Shown piece by piece: positions 1-7,506 of a DNA stretch of 44,494 bases. Origin of the DNA: a virus; the IMG/VR virus record IMGVR_UViG_3300031566_000095; one strand, given 5' to 3'. Positions within the stretch are counted from its first letter, which is position 1. The number at the start of each line of letters is the position of its first letter. Below the pieces are notes generated by a model that was not told where the DNA came from, searched no databases, and was given only the letters and a program-made list of their open reading frames with translations. Made by a program: the position numbers and the translations under genes.

Positions 1-127
1 ATCGCGATTTCTTGAAATGTTTGGGTTGTCATAATTGCTTCCTTTCATGTGTGGTTCCTAAATTGCGTTTATCCGCATTCATCGGCGGTTCCTGTTTCAT
101 TCGCCCGCGTCGCCGCGTCCCCCCCCC
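1..127. repeat. Terminal overlap, copy 1 (identical to 44368..44494); circular-assembly signature
   Basis: Read directly. atcgcgatttcttgaaatg...cgcgtccccccccc occurs at both contig ends, so the unit length is 44,367 bp. Confidence 0.95.
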
Positions 128-301
128 TACGAGATTTGTGATTTTCCATTTTGCATTGCGATGGGCTAAAAGCACGCGATAGCAGTCCCGGCAGGGATAG
201 CGATTCGGCTGCCCTTCGCCAACGTCCACAAAGCCCGGCTCGCCGCATCGGCAGGCGTACCGAGGTTTCGCTTCGCGGTTTTTCTTGGCCACAGATTTCA
301 C
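29..301 (-). CDS. Small putative zinc-ribbon protein (90 aa), uncertain
   Basis: ORF track. The GTG start lies inside a repeat element. Cys pairs ACRCG...PCRDC. The stop overlaps the ParB-like start (ATGA) across the circular junction. The C-terminal third crosses a C9 tract and looks non-coding. Confidence 0.3.
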   Translation of the reverse strand: MKSVAKKNREAKPRYACRCGEPGFVDVGEGQPNRYPCRDCYRVLLAHRNAKWKITNLVGGGTRRRGRMKQEPPMNADKRNLGTTHERKQL

Positions 302-342
302 CGTTCTTTCTCAGCCACAGAGGACACAGAGATCACAGAGAT
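287..342 (+). repeat. Extended 9-mer element, plus orientation
   Basis: ggccacagatttcac..tcagc CACAGAGGA CACAGAGAT CACAGAGAT. About 90% identical to 33140..33197. Confidence 0.9.
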
Positions 343-375
343 TGTTGGATTATTTTTCGGTAATATTTTCGTGCT

Positions 376-831
376 TCAAACTCCAGGCAGCAGGGCCGGC
401 AGCTTGCCCGTGCTCATCATCGTCTGCAATTGGTCCTGCTGAGCCTCGTAGATCGTTTGGCCGCCGCGCATGGGCAGGCAGATGTCCCCGTAGAACTCGT
501 GCTCGAGGGAACGCAGGCCGATCGACACGGCGACCAGCTTGGCCTTGAGCAGAAGACAGAACTCCCGCATCCGCTGCCGGCACGCCTGTTCCCAGGCCAG
601 CAGCGAGGCGTTAACTTTGCGGTGGCGCCCGGTTGACGTCTTGCAGAAGTCATGCCGGGCCGGCATGTCCAGCTTCATCTTGATCGGCACGCCCTTGAGG
701 ACGAACGCCACGAACGCACAGTCGCCGTCCCAGCCGCTCATGCACTTCTCGGCGCCCGCACGCCGGAGCAGCCGCGTCACTTCCTGCTGAGACGATTCAA
801 CCGATACCGTTGTCGAGCGAGCATACTCCAT
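376..831 (-). CDS. Hypothetical phage protein (151 aa)
   Basis: Clean ORF. The ATG directly follows a 9-mer element (CACAGAGAAAGATG). No motif I can name. Confidence 0.7.
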   Translation of the reverse strand: MEYARSTTVSVESSQQEVTRLLRRAGAEKCMSGWDGDCAFVAFVLKGVPIKMKLDMPARHDFCKTSTGRHRKVNASLLAWEQACRQRMREFCLLLKAKLVAVSIGLRSLEHEFYGDICLPMRGGQTIYEAQQDQLQTMMSTGKLPALLPGV

Positions 832-833
832 CT

Positions 834-887
834 TTCTCTGTGTCCTCTGTGCTCTCTGTGGCTAAAGATTTATGATTTATGATTTTC
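834..887 (-). repeat. Composite junction cassette: 9-mer triplet plus heptads
   Basis: Plus strand reads ttctctgtg tcctctgtg ctctctgtg gctaa (834-865), then gatttat gatttat gattttc (866-887). Confidence 0.9.
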
Positions 888-1118
888 AACGGCGATAGTT
901 ACTGGTCCTTCGATTCGCGGTTCCATATCTTTTAGAACAATCATGGTTTCCCGCAAAACCCTGGCCGCCCAGTCGCAATCGTCACGCAGTTGAGCGAATC
1001 CTAATCCTCTCAGATTTCCTACCCCATTGAGAGTTTCCTGATCCATGACCCGCATTACCTTTATCACGCGAGCTTCTACGTTGTTTAGATCACTGATTAC
1101 CCCTTTAATAGTGGCCAT
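870..1118 (-). CDS. Hypothetical protein (82 aa)
   Basis: ORF with SD AAGGAAG 7 nt upstream of the ATG. The stop lies within the heptad array. Confidence 0.6.
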   Translation of the reverse strand: MATIKGVISDLNNVEARVIKVMRVMDQETLNGVGNLRGLGFAQLRDDCDWAARVLRETMIVLKDMEPRIEGPVTIAVENHKS

Positions 1119-1974
1119 GTATTTCGCTTCCTTTCTCTGTGTCCTCTGTGCTCTCTGTGGCTAAAACCTTCGACGTTCTCGGCGGCTCTTTTTCGATCAC
1201 CTCGCGGATCGAATCCTTCCAGTGGATGAACGGACGGCCGCTCAGATGGCCAACCATCGCGCGGACAAATTCATCGCTTTGGGCGGCCTTGAGCGGGTTG
1301 ACGTATTGCCGGATCTGTTCGTCCGTCGCACCCGAGAGGTCCACGCGGCTCTCCCAGCGCCGCAGCTTGCCGATCCAGAAGCCGCCCGCCCCACGATCGA
1401 AAGGGGGCCGCGAGAGATAAGGCCAGCAGGCTTGATAGACATCCGGGGCAAATTCATCCAGATAAGGCTCGCACGAGACGCTGGTGCAATAGCCCTCGAA
1501 GTAGGCCATCGAGAGGCTCTTAATCCGCTCCTCAAAACACGGCGCCCCCGGCTCCCAGAACTTGAGCACGTTGTCGGCCGTCGAACCAATCGTGAATCGA
1601 AATGCCACGCGATGCTGAAAACCCTTCAGGGCCTCGACCAGCAACGCCGTGACGTTCATCGACGGCTTGCTGACGATCAGCACGCGGTTGCCCGCCTCGA
1701 GCAGCTTTCGCAGAACCACCAGACAGGGTCGCAAAAATTCCAGCGTAATATTGCTGGCACTTTGGAACATGACAACGCCATCGAGTTTTCGGCGTTGTTT
1801 GACAACTTCCGTAGTTCTAAGATGGGGCGTATTCCATTCATCGGCTGTCTTTATGCGACCGAATCTCAATGCCATCTCCCGACCATAGCAATATCGGCAG
1901 CCTCCGGAACATCCTGAAAGTATAGTTACATTGTGAGCAGCCCATTCTTTTGTTCCACTGATTTTCTTGCTCAT
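1105..1974 (-). CDS. Radical SAM protein (SplB / DNA-photolyase-like by motif)
   Basis: N-terminal GCSGGCRYCYG is the CxxxCxxC radical-SAM cluster motif. 289 aa. The C-terminal tail reads through a 9-mer element (ATESTEDTEK). Confidence 0.8.
   Translation of the reverse strand: MSKKISGTKEWAAHNVTILSGCSGGCRYCYGREMALRFGRIKTADEWNTPHLRTTEVVKQRRKLDGVVMFQSASNITLEFLRPCLVVLRKLLEAGNRVLIVSKPSMNVTALLVEALKGFQHRVAFRFTIGSTADNVLKFWEPGAPCFEERIKSLSMAYFEGYCTSVSCEPYLDEFAPDVYQACWPYLSRPPFDRGAGGFWIGKLRRWESRVDLSGATDEQIRQYVNPLKAAQSDEFVRAMVGHLSGRPFIHWKDSIREVIEKEPPRTSKVLATESTEDTEKGSEIHGHY
1133..1164 (-). repeat. 9-mer triplet element
   Basis: ttctctgtg tcctctgtg ctctctgtg gctaa on the plus strand, immediately upstream of the SD of the 870..1118 gene. 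Confidence 0.9.
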
Positions 1975-2532
1975 AATCCCTTCCCGGCGTGACTGGATTC
2001 TGTTCGTCGTTTGCCAAGCAAAATATTAGAAATACAGGATTGGCCAACACCAAACCGTTCAGCTAATTTGTATTGACTGGCGGTTCCTTCCAGGGACCGA
2101 ATCTCCGCAACTTCCAGGTTTGTCAGTTTGGCGTTGTGATGATTCTCGCCACCGGGTCGAGTCCTATGATATCGTTGATCTTCCATGTTATCTTTTTGTG
2201 TTGCCCATCTGAGATTTTTGAGATGACAATTGAGGGGATTCCTATCGGGGAAATGACAACACACATTGTTTTCCGGACGAGGCCCAACGAATGACATCAA
2301 TACAAGATCGTGGACTAACAATTTGAATGTCTTGCCGTCTTTCCGAAGTGAAACTTGAAGACGGTCATACTTTCGATGGGATTTTTTACCACTCGATATG
2401 ATGGTAGGCTTAAGTCTTCGCCATTTATCGCCCAAGACATAAGTACCCCAACCGTGGCGAAAGCAACTCCAAATCGATCCATCGTCGCCTGCACGATAAG
2501 CCGGAAACCCTGGAATTAAAGCATATCGGCAG
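1901..2532 (-). mobile_element. Putative HNH homing-endonuclease insertion with target duplication
   Basis: Bounded by the identical 10-mer atatcggcag (1891-1900 and 2523-2532). More AT-rich than the flanks. Carries the HNH body plus a second copy of the first ~24 radical-SAM codons. Confidence 0.5.
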
Positions 2533-2654
2533 TCGTGCTCGCAGCCGGTCTGGATGTTGATGGTCTTTTCGACCCACTCGCGCGTGCCGGTGGCATGCGA
2601 TTTATGATTTGCGATTTGCGATTTATGATTGTCCCCTGTCATATCTGCCTCCAT
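1971..2654 (-). CDS. HNH homing endonuclease (NUMOD4-like, HNH, C-terminal HTH)
   Basis: IPGFPAYRAGDDGSIWS; HFPDRNPLNCHLKNLRWATQKDN (HNH); HHNAKLT..AERFGVGQSCISNI (HTH). Start moved to the ATG at 2654, which has GGAAACGGAG upstream. Confidence 0.85.
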   Translation of the reverse strand: MEADMTGDNHKSQIANHKSHATGTREWVEKTINIQTGCEHDCRYALIPGFPAYRAGDDGSIWSCFRHGWGTYVLGDKWRRLKPTIISSGKKSHRKYDRLQVSLRKDGKTFKLLVHDLVLMSFVGPRPENNVCCHFPDRNPLNCHLKNLRWATQKDNMEDQRYHRTRPGGENHHNAKLTNLEVAEIRSLEGTASQYKLAERFGVGQSCISNILLGKRRTESSHAGKGL

Positions 2655-2707
2655 GCTGTCGCTCCGTTTCCTATTTTCTCTGTGCTCTCTGTGTCCTCTG
2701 TGGCTAA
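2599..2707 (-). repeat. Composite cassette: heptads (2599-2631) and 9-mer triplet (2676-2707)
   Basis: gatttat gatttgc gatttgc gatttat gattg, and ttctctgtg ctctctgtg tcctctgtg gctaa. Here the heptads lie inside the 5' end of the HNH ORF. Confidence 0.9.
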
Positions 2708-2792
2708 ACAAAATCCTGCCCCGCCCGCGGACCCTTTTCACGCGGGCAGGGCTTGCGTGGAGAGACAATTCATATCCTCGCCTTCGGCCCTC

Positions 2793-3128
2793 TCAGGCGC
2801 TCACCGCATCCGGCGGGACAATCGGCTTGTCGCGGCTCTCGGCGGCGAACAGCTTGACGGACGTCAGCGCCGCGAAGAGCAGCCGCGTGATGAACTGCCG
2901 CTGCATCGCGATCATCGAGACGTTCTGCTGATTGAGCTGCCGGAAATCGTCGGCCAGCAATTGGAGCGCTGCGACGTGCTCGGCCGTGGTAAACGTCGCC
3001 GTCAGGGCGTCATACGCCTCGGCAATCCGGCCGTCGGTCAACTGCAGGATGAACTCGGCGAGCTGCTCGTCGGTGATCGCCCCGGCGATCTGCATGAGCA
3101 GCGTTTGAAATTCTTCTTTGACGTTCAA
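2793..3128 (-). CDS. Hypothetical helical protein with hydrophobic C-terminus (TTG start proposed)
   Basis: The long ORF 2793..3362 overlaps the lipoprotein gene. The plausible part starts at a TTG that overlaps the upstream TGA (TTGA). Confidence 0.4.
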   Translation of the reverse strand: MNVKEEFQTLLMQIAGAITDEQLAEFILQLTDGRIAEAYDALTATFTTAEHVAALQLLADDFRQLNQQNVSMIAMQRQFITRLLFAALTSVKLFAAESRDKPIVPPDAVSA

Positions 3129-3373
3129 GGCGCGGCCCTCCCGTCCAGGGCGTCCACGATCTGCCCGAGTATGTCGTTGGCGGCCGCCAGCCCGTCTCTG
3201 CAGGCGTTCGGATCGCCGGCCTGGCACGCCCGATTCAGGGCCTTGACGTGGATCGCGGCCATCCGCGTCCGCGTGGCATACCACGGCGCCATCTGTACGC
3301 CCGAACAGCCGGCGAACAGCAACAGCCAGGCCATCAGCAGGGCGAAATACCACAACTTCCATTTCGGCTTCAT
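3125..3373 (-). CDS. Small lipoprotein (82 aa)
   Basis: Signal peptide with lipobox LLLFAGC. SD GAAAGGAG upstream. Confidence 0.7.
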   Translation of the reverse strand: MKPKWKLWYFALLMAWLLLFAGCSGVQMAPWYATRTRMAAIHVKALNRACQAGDPNACRDGLAAANDILGQIVDALDGRAAP

Positions 3374-3391
3374 AAGAGGACTCCTTTCGTA

Positions 3392-3440
3392 GATTGATTA
3401 TTTATGATTTACGATTTTCGATTGACGATTGTTGATTTAT
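3392..3440 (-). repeat. Heptad array (about 7 units)
   Basis: gattgat tatttat gatttac gattttc gattgac gattgtt gatttat on the plus strand, between two genes and just upstream of an SD. Confidence 0.9.
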
Positions 3441-3916
3441 CCGCCCGTGATGGCTGGTTCATCCGCCTTTGGTGGTTTGATCTCGGCGTCAGGCCTCGGC
3501 CAGGGTCTGGGTGGTTCTACTCTATTCCTCGGCATCGGGGGACAATCGGTCACGATCGGCAGTCCGAACCGCCCGAATTCAGGATCGGTGAGCACTGTGG
3601 TGGATCTGTTTGGCTTGCCGTTGCTCAAGGCTGTCGTGCCTTTGAACATGTCGTAGCCGCCGCCGGCGGCCAGACCCAGGACCGCGCCGGCGACGAGATA
3701 ATTCTCGACGCCGCCCAGACCGAATGCGAGCGCGCACAAGGCCATCCCGACCATCGGCCATAAGGGTTTTTGAATCGCATCGCTCAGGCGGGCCCAGCCG
3801 CCGACGCAGGCCTTAATGAACTGAATGGCGTAGGCCACAAAGCCCGCGATCACGAGCATCGTCGGGGTGATCGTGACCTCGAGCGAACTGATTGCATTGG
3901 ATAGATCGGGCAGCAT
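3437..3916 (-). CDS. Multi-pass membrane protein, holin-like by position
   Basis: Three hydrophobic segments (MLVIAGFVAYAI, LWPMVGMALCALAFGLGG, LVAGAVLGLAAGGG). SD AAAGGAG. Confidence 0.6.
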   Translation of the reverse strand: MLPDLSNAISSLEVTITPTMLVIAGFVAYAIQFIKACVGGWARLSDAIQKPLWPMVGMALCALAFGLGGVENYLVAGAVLGLAAGGGYDMFKGTTALSNGKPNRSTTVLTDPEFGRFGLPIVTDCPPMPRNRVEPPRPWPRPDAEIKPPKADEPAITGG

Positions 3917-3935
3917 AAGAGACTCCTTTCAAAAA

Positions 3936-3999
3936 GATTGACGATTTGCGATTTTCGATTGACGATTTTCTCTGTGTCCTCTGTGCTCTCTGTGGCTAA
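3936..3999 (-). repeat. Composite cassette: heptads plus 9-mer triplet
   Basis: gattgac gatttgc gattttc gattgac gatt, then ttctctgtg tcctctgtg ctctctgtg gctaa. The TAG stop of 3996..4706 lies inside TTAGC. Confidence 0.9.
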
Positions 4000-4706
4000 T
4001 CCTGTCTTTCTTCCGCCGCGACGGTCGCGGCCATGCCCTTATCTTTGCGTCCTTTCTTGCCTTTTTTATCCGTGCCCTCTGTGTCCTCTGTGCCCTCTGT
4101 GGCTGAATCCTCTGCGGCTTGGCTTTTCTCGGCGGCCTTGCGCTCCGCCTCGGCCAGCAGCGGGCGCTCGGCATCGGCGATGCCCTTCTCGGCCAGGTCC
4201 TGCAGGTCCTCCTCCCATCCGTATACCTCCACGACGTCGCGGAAATCCTGAATGTCGTGCTTGCGGATCCGGCACACGATCCGCCCGCGGTCATCCCGCT
4301 TGGGCTGACCGTTGGTATCGAGCGACAATTGAGCGTGCCCCAGCTCGTGGAAGATCAACCGTTCTTTCTGTTTTTCGCTGAAGGTCGGCCAGGCGTCCTC
4401 GTTGAGCAGGATGATGAAATCCCATTCATCCAGCTCGCGGTCAAGATCCCCGCGTTTGCGGCACTGGCCGAGGGTCCGTCGCCCGTCGGCGTCCGGCCGC
4501 CAGCCCAGCCGCCAGGCGATGCCGATCTTGACGTCCGCCAGGTCCGCGCGCCGCGTCTTGATCAACTCCTCCATGATGCGATAGGGTTCCGTGACGTTTC
4601 CCGTATGTTCGATCCGCCGCTGAATGAATTTCACCGTGACCCGTTTGCGTTTCTGGCCCGAACCTTTCGGCCGGCCGCGTTTAGAACTCCCAGGTTTTCT
4701 GCCCAT
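3996..4706 (-). CDS. Phage metallopeptidase-like protein (HExxH)
   Basis: FHELGHA zinc-binding motif in the IAWRLGW...GQCRK...DFIILLN context typical of phage putative metallopeptidases. The acidic/basic tail crosses a 9-mer element. Confidence 0.7.
   Translation of the reverse strand: MGRKPGSSKRGRPKGSGQKRKRVTVKFIQRRIEHTGNVTEPYRIMEELIKTRRADLADVKIGIAWRLGWRPDADGRRTLGQCRKRGDLDRELDEWDFIILLNEDAWPTFSEKQKERLIFHELGHAQLSLDTNGQPKRDDRGRIVCRIRKHDIQDFRDVVEVYGWEEDLQDLAEKGIADAERPLLAEAERKAAEKSQAAEDSATEGTEDTEGTDKKGKKGRKDKGMAATVAAEERQD
4066..4106 (-). repeat. 9-mer element variant (inside the 3' end of a CDS)
   Basis: tatccgtg ccctctgtg tcctctgtg ccctctgtg gctga. Confidence 0.85.
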
Positions 4707-4878
4707 GATCTTCCTTTCTCGTTTGATATTGCCGATCGTATTCGAGTTGTGCGATCCGCACCTGCACGTCCGCCGGGCCCTTGCCCGCCGCCGTCGCGGA
4801 CGCCAGCTTGGCGGGGTCGATAGCCTCCACCCTGCCGTCCGCCGCCCGCAACAAAATAAATACGTCCTGCCAGCTCAT
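4681..4878 (-). CDS. Hypothetical protein (65 aa)
   Basis: ORF track. Its end overlaps the next gene start. No clear SD. Confidence 0.45.
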   Translation of the reverse strand: MSWQDVFILLRAADGRVEAIDPAKLASATAAGKGPADVQVRIAQLEYDRQYQTRKEDHGQKTWEF

Positions 4879-4890
4879 CTTTGTAGTAAT

Positions 4891-4928
4891 GATTGACTAT
4901 TTACTATTGACGATTGACGATTGACGAT
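4891..4928 (-). repeat. Heptad array
   Basis: gattgac tatttac tattgac gattgac gattgac gat. Confidence 0.9.
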
Positions 4929-5046
4929 CGCGCCGTTCTTTGGCGAGCATTGTGATCCGCCGAGCGATCTTCATGGGCACGACGACGCCCACCGGCCTTT
5001 CGATTCCAAGTGCCTTATGCCGGCGATTGTAAAATACGACAGCCAT
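4897..5046 (-). CDS. Small basic protein (49 aa), not in the ORF track
   Basis: Hand translation: MAVVFYNRRHKALGIERPVGVVVPMKIARRITMLAKERRDRQSSIVNSK. SD GAAAGGAG 7 nt upstream. Confidence 0.45.
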   Translation of the reverse strand: MAVVFYNRRHKALGIERPVGVVVPMKIARRITMLAKERRDRQSSIVNSK

Positions 5047-5067
5047 TTCTTTGGGCTCCTTTCGTGG

Positions 5068-5220
5068 TTAGGACAGCTTCCCGGCCACCCTCAGGACCCA
5101 GGAGCCGATGATCATCAGCGCCGTCACGATGGCCGCGGCGATCACCAGATAACGATAGCACTCCATCATCTCGAGATGCTCCTGCTCTTTGCGTTCGTAA
5201 TAGCCTTGTTCCGGCTCCAT
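5068..5220 (-). CDS. Small single-pass membrane protein (50 aa), not in the ORF track
   Basis: Hand translation: MEPEQGYYERKEQEHLEMMECYRYLVIAAAIVTALMIIGSWVLRVAGKLS. SD AAAGGAG. Confidence 0.55.
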   Translation of the reverse strand: MEPEQGYYERKEQEHLEMMECYRYLVIAAAIVTALMIIGSWVLRVAGKLS

Positions 5221-5317
5221 AAGGGTCTCCTTTCTCGATCATCGGCGCCGCCGCCTCGTGCGGAACGGCCGGCCGCCTCCACCAGGTTGCGGCTCGGCGC
5301 CAATGATCGCTTGGTCC

Positions 5318-5340
5318 ATTTCTATTTTCTATTTGCGATC
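5318..5340 (-). repeat. Heptad array (TATT/GATT variant)
   Basis: atttcta ttttcta tttgcga tc. On the gene strand, AAATAGAAAATAGAAATG runs into an ATG. Confidence 0.75.
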
Positions 5341-5466
5341 TCAATAATTCCGCCTGCTACCCCGGCCCTTGCAGGATCGGCACGTGTTCTGTTTGCCTCT
5401 CGTCGTCGCCGTGGTGGTGTACCGGGCACGGCTACTGCACATTCAGGGTTATTTCATCGGGCCCAA

Positions 5467-5538
5467 TAGCGGGGGCCGGATTCGAACCGGCGTCCTCCTG
5501 GTTATGAGCCAGGCGTGTAGCCGCTACACTACCCCGCG
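5467..5538 (-). tRNA. tRNA-Met (anticodon CAT), initiator-like acceptor end
   Basis: Gene strand: CGCGGGGTAGTGTAGCGGCTACACGCCTGGCTCATAACCAGGAGGACGCCGGTTCGAATCCGGCCCCCGCTA. Folds as a cloverleaf by hand (7/4/5/5 bp stems, TTCGAAT T-loop). No encoded CCA. Confidence 0.85.
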
Positions 5539-5542
5539 ATAA

Positions 5543-5572
5543 GCCCCATCGGCGTCCGTTGCTCGATGGGGC
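5543..5572 (-). other. 9-bp stem-loop just 5' of the tRNA
   Basis: gccccatcg (5543-5551) pairs with cgatggggc (5564-5572). No T-run follows. Confidence 0.5.
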
Positions 5573-5625
5573 CTTCAAAAAGGAGGCTACTGACAAAACT
5601 GACAAAGAAGATGCCGCGTTCATCG

Positions 5626-5841
5626 TTAATCCAAATCCTTCTGGAAGCCGCGATAAGACAGCCTCTCGCCGATCATGCGAAAGACCCGCTCGCACTCTCC
5701 ACAATAGAAATCCTCGCGCCACGAGCGGTAGATAATCTTAGGCATGGTGCAGCCCGGGCACATATCATCCTCGAGCAGGGCCGCCTGCTCGACGGCCGTC
5801 AGCCGGCCGGGCTGGCGTTCCGTTGTACTCTTCGTAGTCAT
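5626..5841 (-). CDS. Zinc-ribbon protein (71 aa)
   Basis: CPGC...CGEC. ATGA overlap with the upstream gene. Confidence 0.6.
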   Translation of the reverse strand: MTTKSTTERQPGRLTAVEQAALLEDDMCPGCTMPKIIYRSWREDFYCGECERVFRMIGERLSYRGFQKDLD

Positions 5842-6158
5842 CCCTGACGCTCCTGTTCTCGCCGCTCATATTCGGCGTTTACCTCATGCCGCCAGCGGTC
5901 CAGGACGGCCCGCGCGACGTCCGGCTTGTTCCGGATCGCGGCCGATAGAATCCTCTGAGTCTCGTTTACGACCAGCTCGGCGTAGAAGGCCGCCGGCATG
6001 GATTTGGGCCGGCCGGCCTTGCTGTCATAGATGATCGCCAGAACGGTACATTTCAAATCGAAGTCCACATCGCCGACGCCGTGCAGGGCGTTGAACAGCT
6101 CATCGAGGTTTTCGAGCCGCCCGAGCTCGCGGGCCGGCTCCCGGCCTTCTTCTGTCAT
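5838..6158 (-). CDS. Hypothetical protein (106 aa)
   Basis: Start trimmed to the ATG at 6158 (SD AAAGGAC). The upstream part of ORF 5838..6488 overlaps a better ORF. Confidence 0.6.
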   Translation of the reverse strand: MTEEGREPARELGRLENLDELFNALHGVGDVDFDLKCTVLAIIYDSKAGRPKSMPAAFYAELVVNETQRILSAAIRNKPDVARAVLDRWRHEVNAEYERREQERQG

Positions 6159-6163
6159 GTCCT

Positions 6164-6457
6164 TTATGGTCCCGTACTCACGATATCGCTCACGGCCCGG
6201 CCGACGATCTCGAAGTCCACCACCGCGGTCCGCCGCTTCAGCTCGAACAGATTGACGATTCCTTTTTTCTGGACCATGAGGCTGACCCAGTAGGAATCGC
6301 TGCCGGGCTTGCGGAAGATCGTCGCCGAGACGGGCGCGGGCCGGCAGCCCAATATCTCCACCGCCCTGGCCGCCAGGGCCTGCAGCTCGATCGGCGGCGG
6401 CGGCTTGATTGTTATGCTCTCGTCGATGATGATCGTGACTGTTTTGCCGGCATTCAT
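6164..6457 (-). CDS. Hypothetical protein (97 aa)
   Basis: Strong SD AGGAGGAG. ATGA overlap with the upstream gene. Confidence 0.65.
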   Translation of the reverse strand: MNAGKTVTIIIDESITIKPPPPIELQALAARAVEILGCRPAPVSATIFRKPGSDSYWVSLMVQKKGIVNLFELKRRTAVVDFEIVGRAVSDIVSTGP

Positions 6458-6774
6458 GATCGCTCCTCCTGGCCGTAGGCCCAGTCATCCCGGCTGGCCG
6501 TTTCGAGCTGCGAGAGCTTCACAAACGGCAGATCGGCCATATAGATCGCGTGCTTGCTGGCGAAGTTGCCGGCGTGCTCGGCGCAGTAGAGCTTCTGGCC
6601 GCTGACGGCCGCCTTGCCCCGCATGTGGTCCCACTCGCACACGTACTCCGCCGCCTTCTGGCAATGAGCCGCCGCACACTTCGGCGAATAGGCCTCCCGG
6701 CTCAGCCGGGCCGTTCTGTGATGCCAACTCTTTTTCGTCTTTCGTCTATCGTCGGGCATCATTCGTGGATTCAT
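6454..6774 (-). CDS. Cys/His-rich hypothetical protein (106 aa)
   Basis: ORF track. ATGA overlaps at both ends. Confidence 0.6.
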   Translation of the reverse strand: MNPRMMPDDRRKTKKSWHHRTARLSREAYSPKCAAAHCQKAAEYVCEWDHMRGKAAVSGQKLYCAEHAGNFASKHAIYMADLPFVKLSQLETASRDDWAYGQEERS

Positions 6775-7325
6775 CCGCTTTGCGCTCTGACCTTTTTGTT
6801 TTGAGTAATCATATTTCCGGTTTTGGTATGATCGAAATTTGTTCGTCCAAACTTGCCAAAATACTTCCTTGACATCTCATCGTAGCCTTTGGCGGCATCA
6901 ATCTCGGATACAAATAGACCCAAAGAGATTCGTCGCCTCTCTACCTGAATGCGAGCGCACCATTTTGCTTCATCCCGACCCCGATAAACGCCTTTAAATT
7001 GGGAAGATACAATATGCTTGGCATACACCCGGTGTGGTCTTTGATTCTGAAGATTTTGGGTCTTACTTGCGATTCTCAAATTGCTTCTCTGGTTATTAAG
7101 ACCATCGAGATCAATATGGTCAACATCCATGCCGACGGGTGGTTGTAAGATTTCCCGGTGCATGCGGATTGTTGTTCTCTTCCCATTTTTGCGGGATGAC
7201 GTTCTTGATGCGTAATAAGTATTACGGCCTTTCTCAGAATGCCATTTCCATTGATTCAGCCATTCATAATCGCCATCATCGACAATGGCGACTTTCTCTT
7301 TTGTGAGTTGAATTTTTTTGCTCAT
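6771..7325 (-). CDS. HNH endonuclease fused to an AP2 DNA-binding domain
   Basis: DHIDLDGLNNQRSNLRIASKTQN (HNH). SQFKGVYRGRDEAKWCARIQVERRRISLGLFVSEIDAAKGYDEMSRKYFGKFGRTNF (AP2). Start trimmed to 7325 (SD GGAGGG). AT-richer than its surroundings. Confidence 0.85.
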   Translation of the reverse strand: MSKKIQLTKEKVAIVDDGDYEWLNQWKWHSEKGRNTYYASRTSSRKNGKRTTIRMHREILQPPVGMDVDHIDLDGLNNQRSNLRIASKTQNLQNQRPHRVYAKHIVSSQFKGVYRGRDEAKWCARIQVERRRISLGLFVSEIDAAKGYDEMSRKYFGKFGRTNFDHTKTGNMITQNKKVRAQSG

Positions 7326-7349
7326 CAGCTTTGCCCTCCGGCCTTGGGT

Positions 7350-7390
7350 GATTTCTGATTTATGATTTGCGATTGTCGATTGTCGATTGT
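7350..7390 (-). repeat. Heptad array (6 units)
   Basis: gatttct gatttat gatttgc gattgtc gattgtc gattgt. Confidence 0.9.
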
Positions 7391-7410
7391 TCCGCCGGAG
7401 GCGGATTGGC

Positions 7411-7506
7411 CCTCTCTGTGTGCTCCCTCGACAGGCTCGGGACGGCGTCTGTGTGCTCCCTCGACCAGCTCGGGACGGCGTCTGTGGCCCAAAACTCTGT
7501 GGCTTG
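7411..7506 (-). repeat. 9-mer element variant interrupted by a 33-bp tandem direct repeat
   Basis: tctgtgtgctccctcgacaggctcgggacggcg (7415-7447) is repeated at 7448-7480 with 2 mismatches. Flanked by ctctgtg / tctgtggc motifs. Confidence 0.85.

Noticed and set aside
1-127. Biological direct terminal repeat of the virion DNA
   Set aside because: An exact 127-bp overlap at the contig ends is the typical signature of a circularised de Bruijn assembly. It cuts through an operon (ParB-like start and its upstream ORF).
5432-5722. 96-aa ORF
   Set aside because: It overlaps the tRNA gene and its flanking hairpin.
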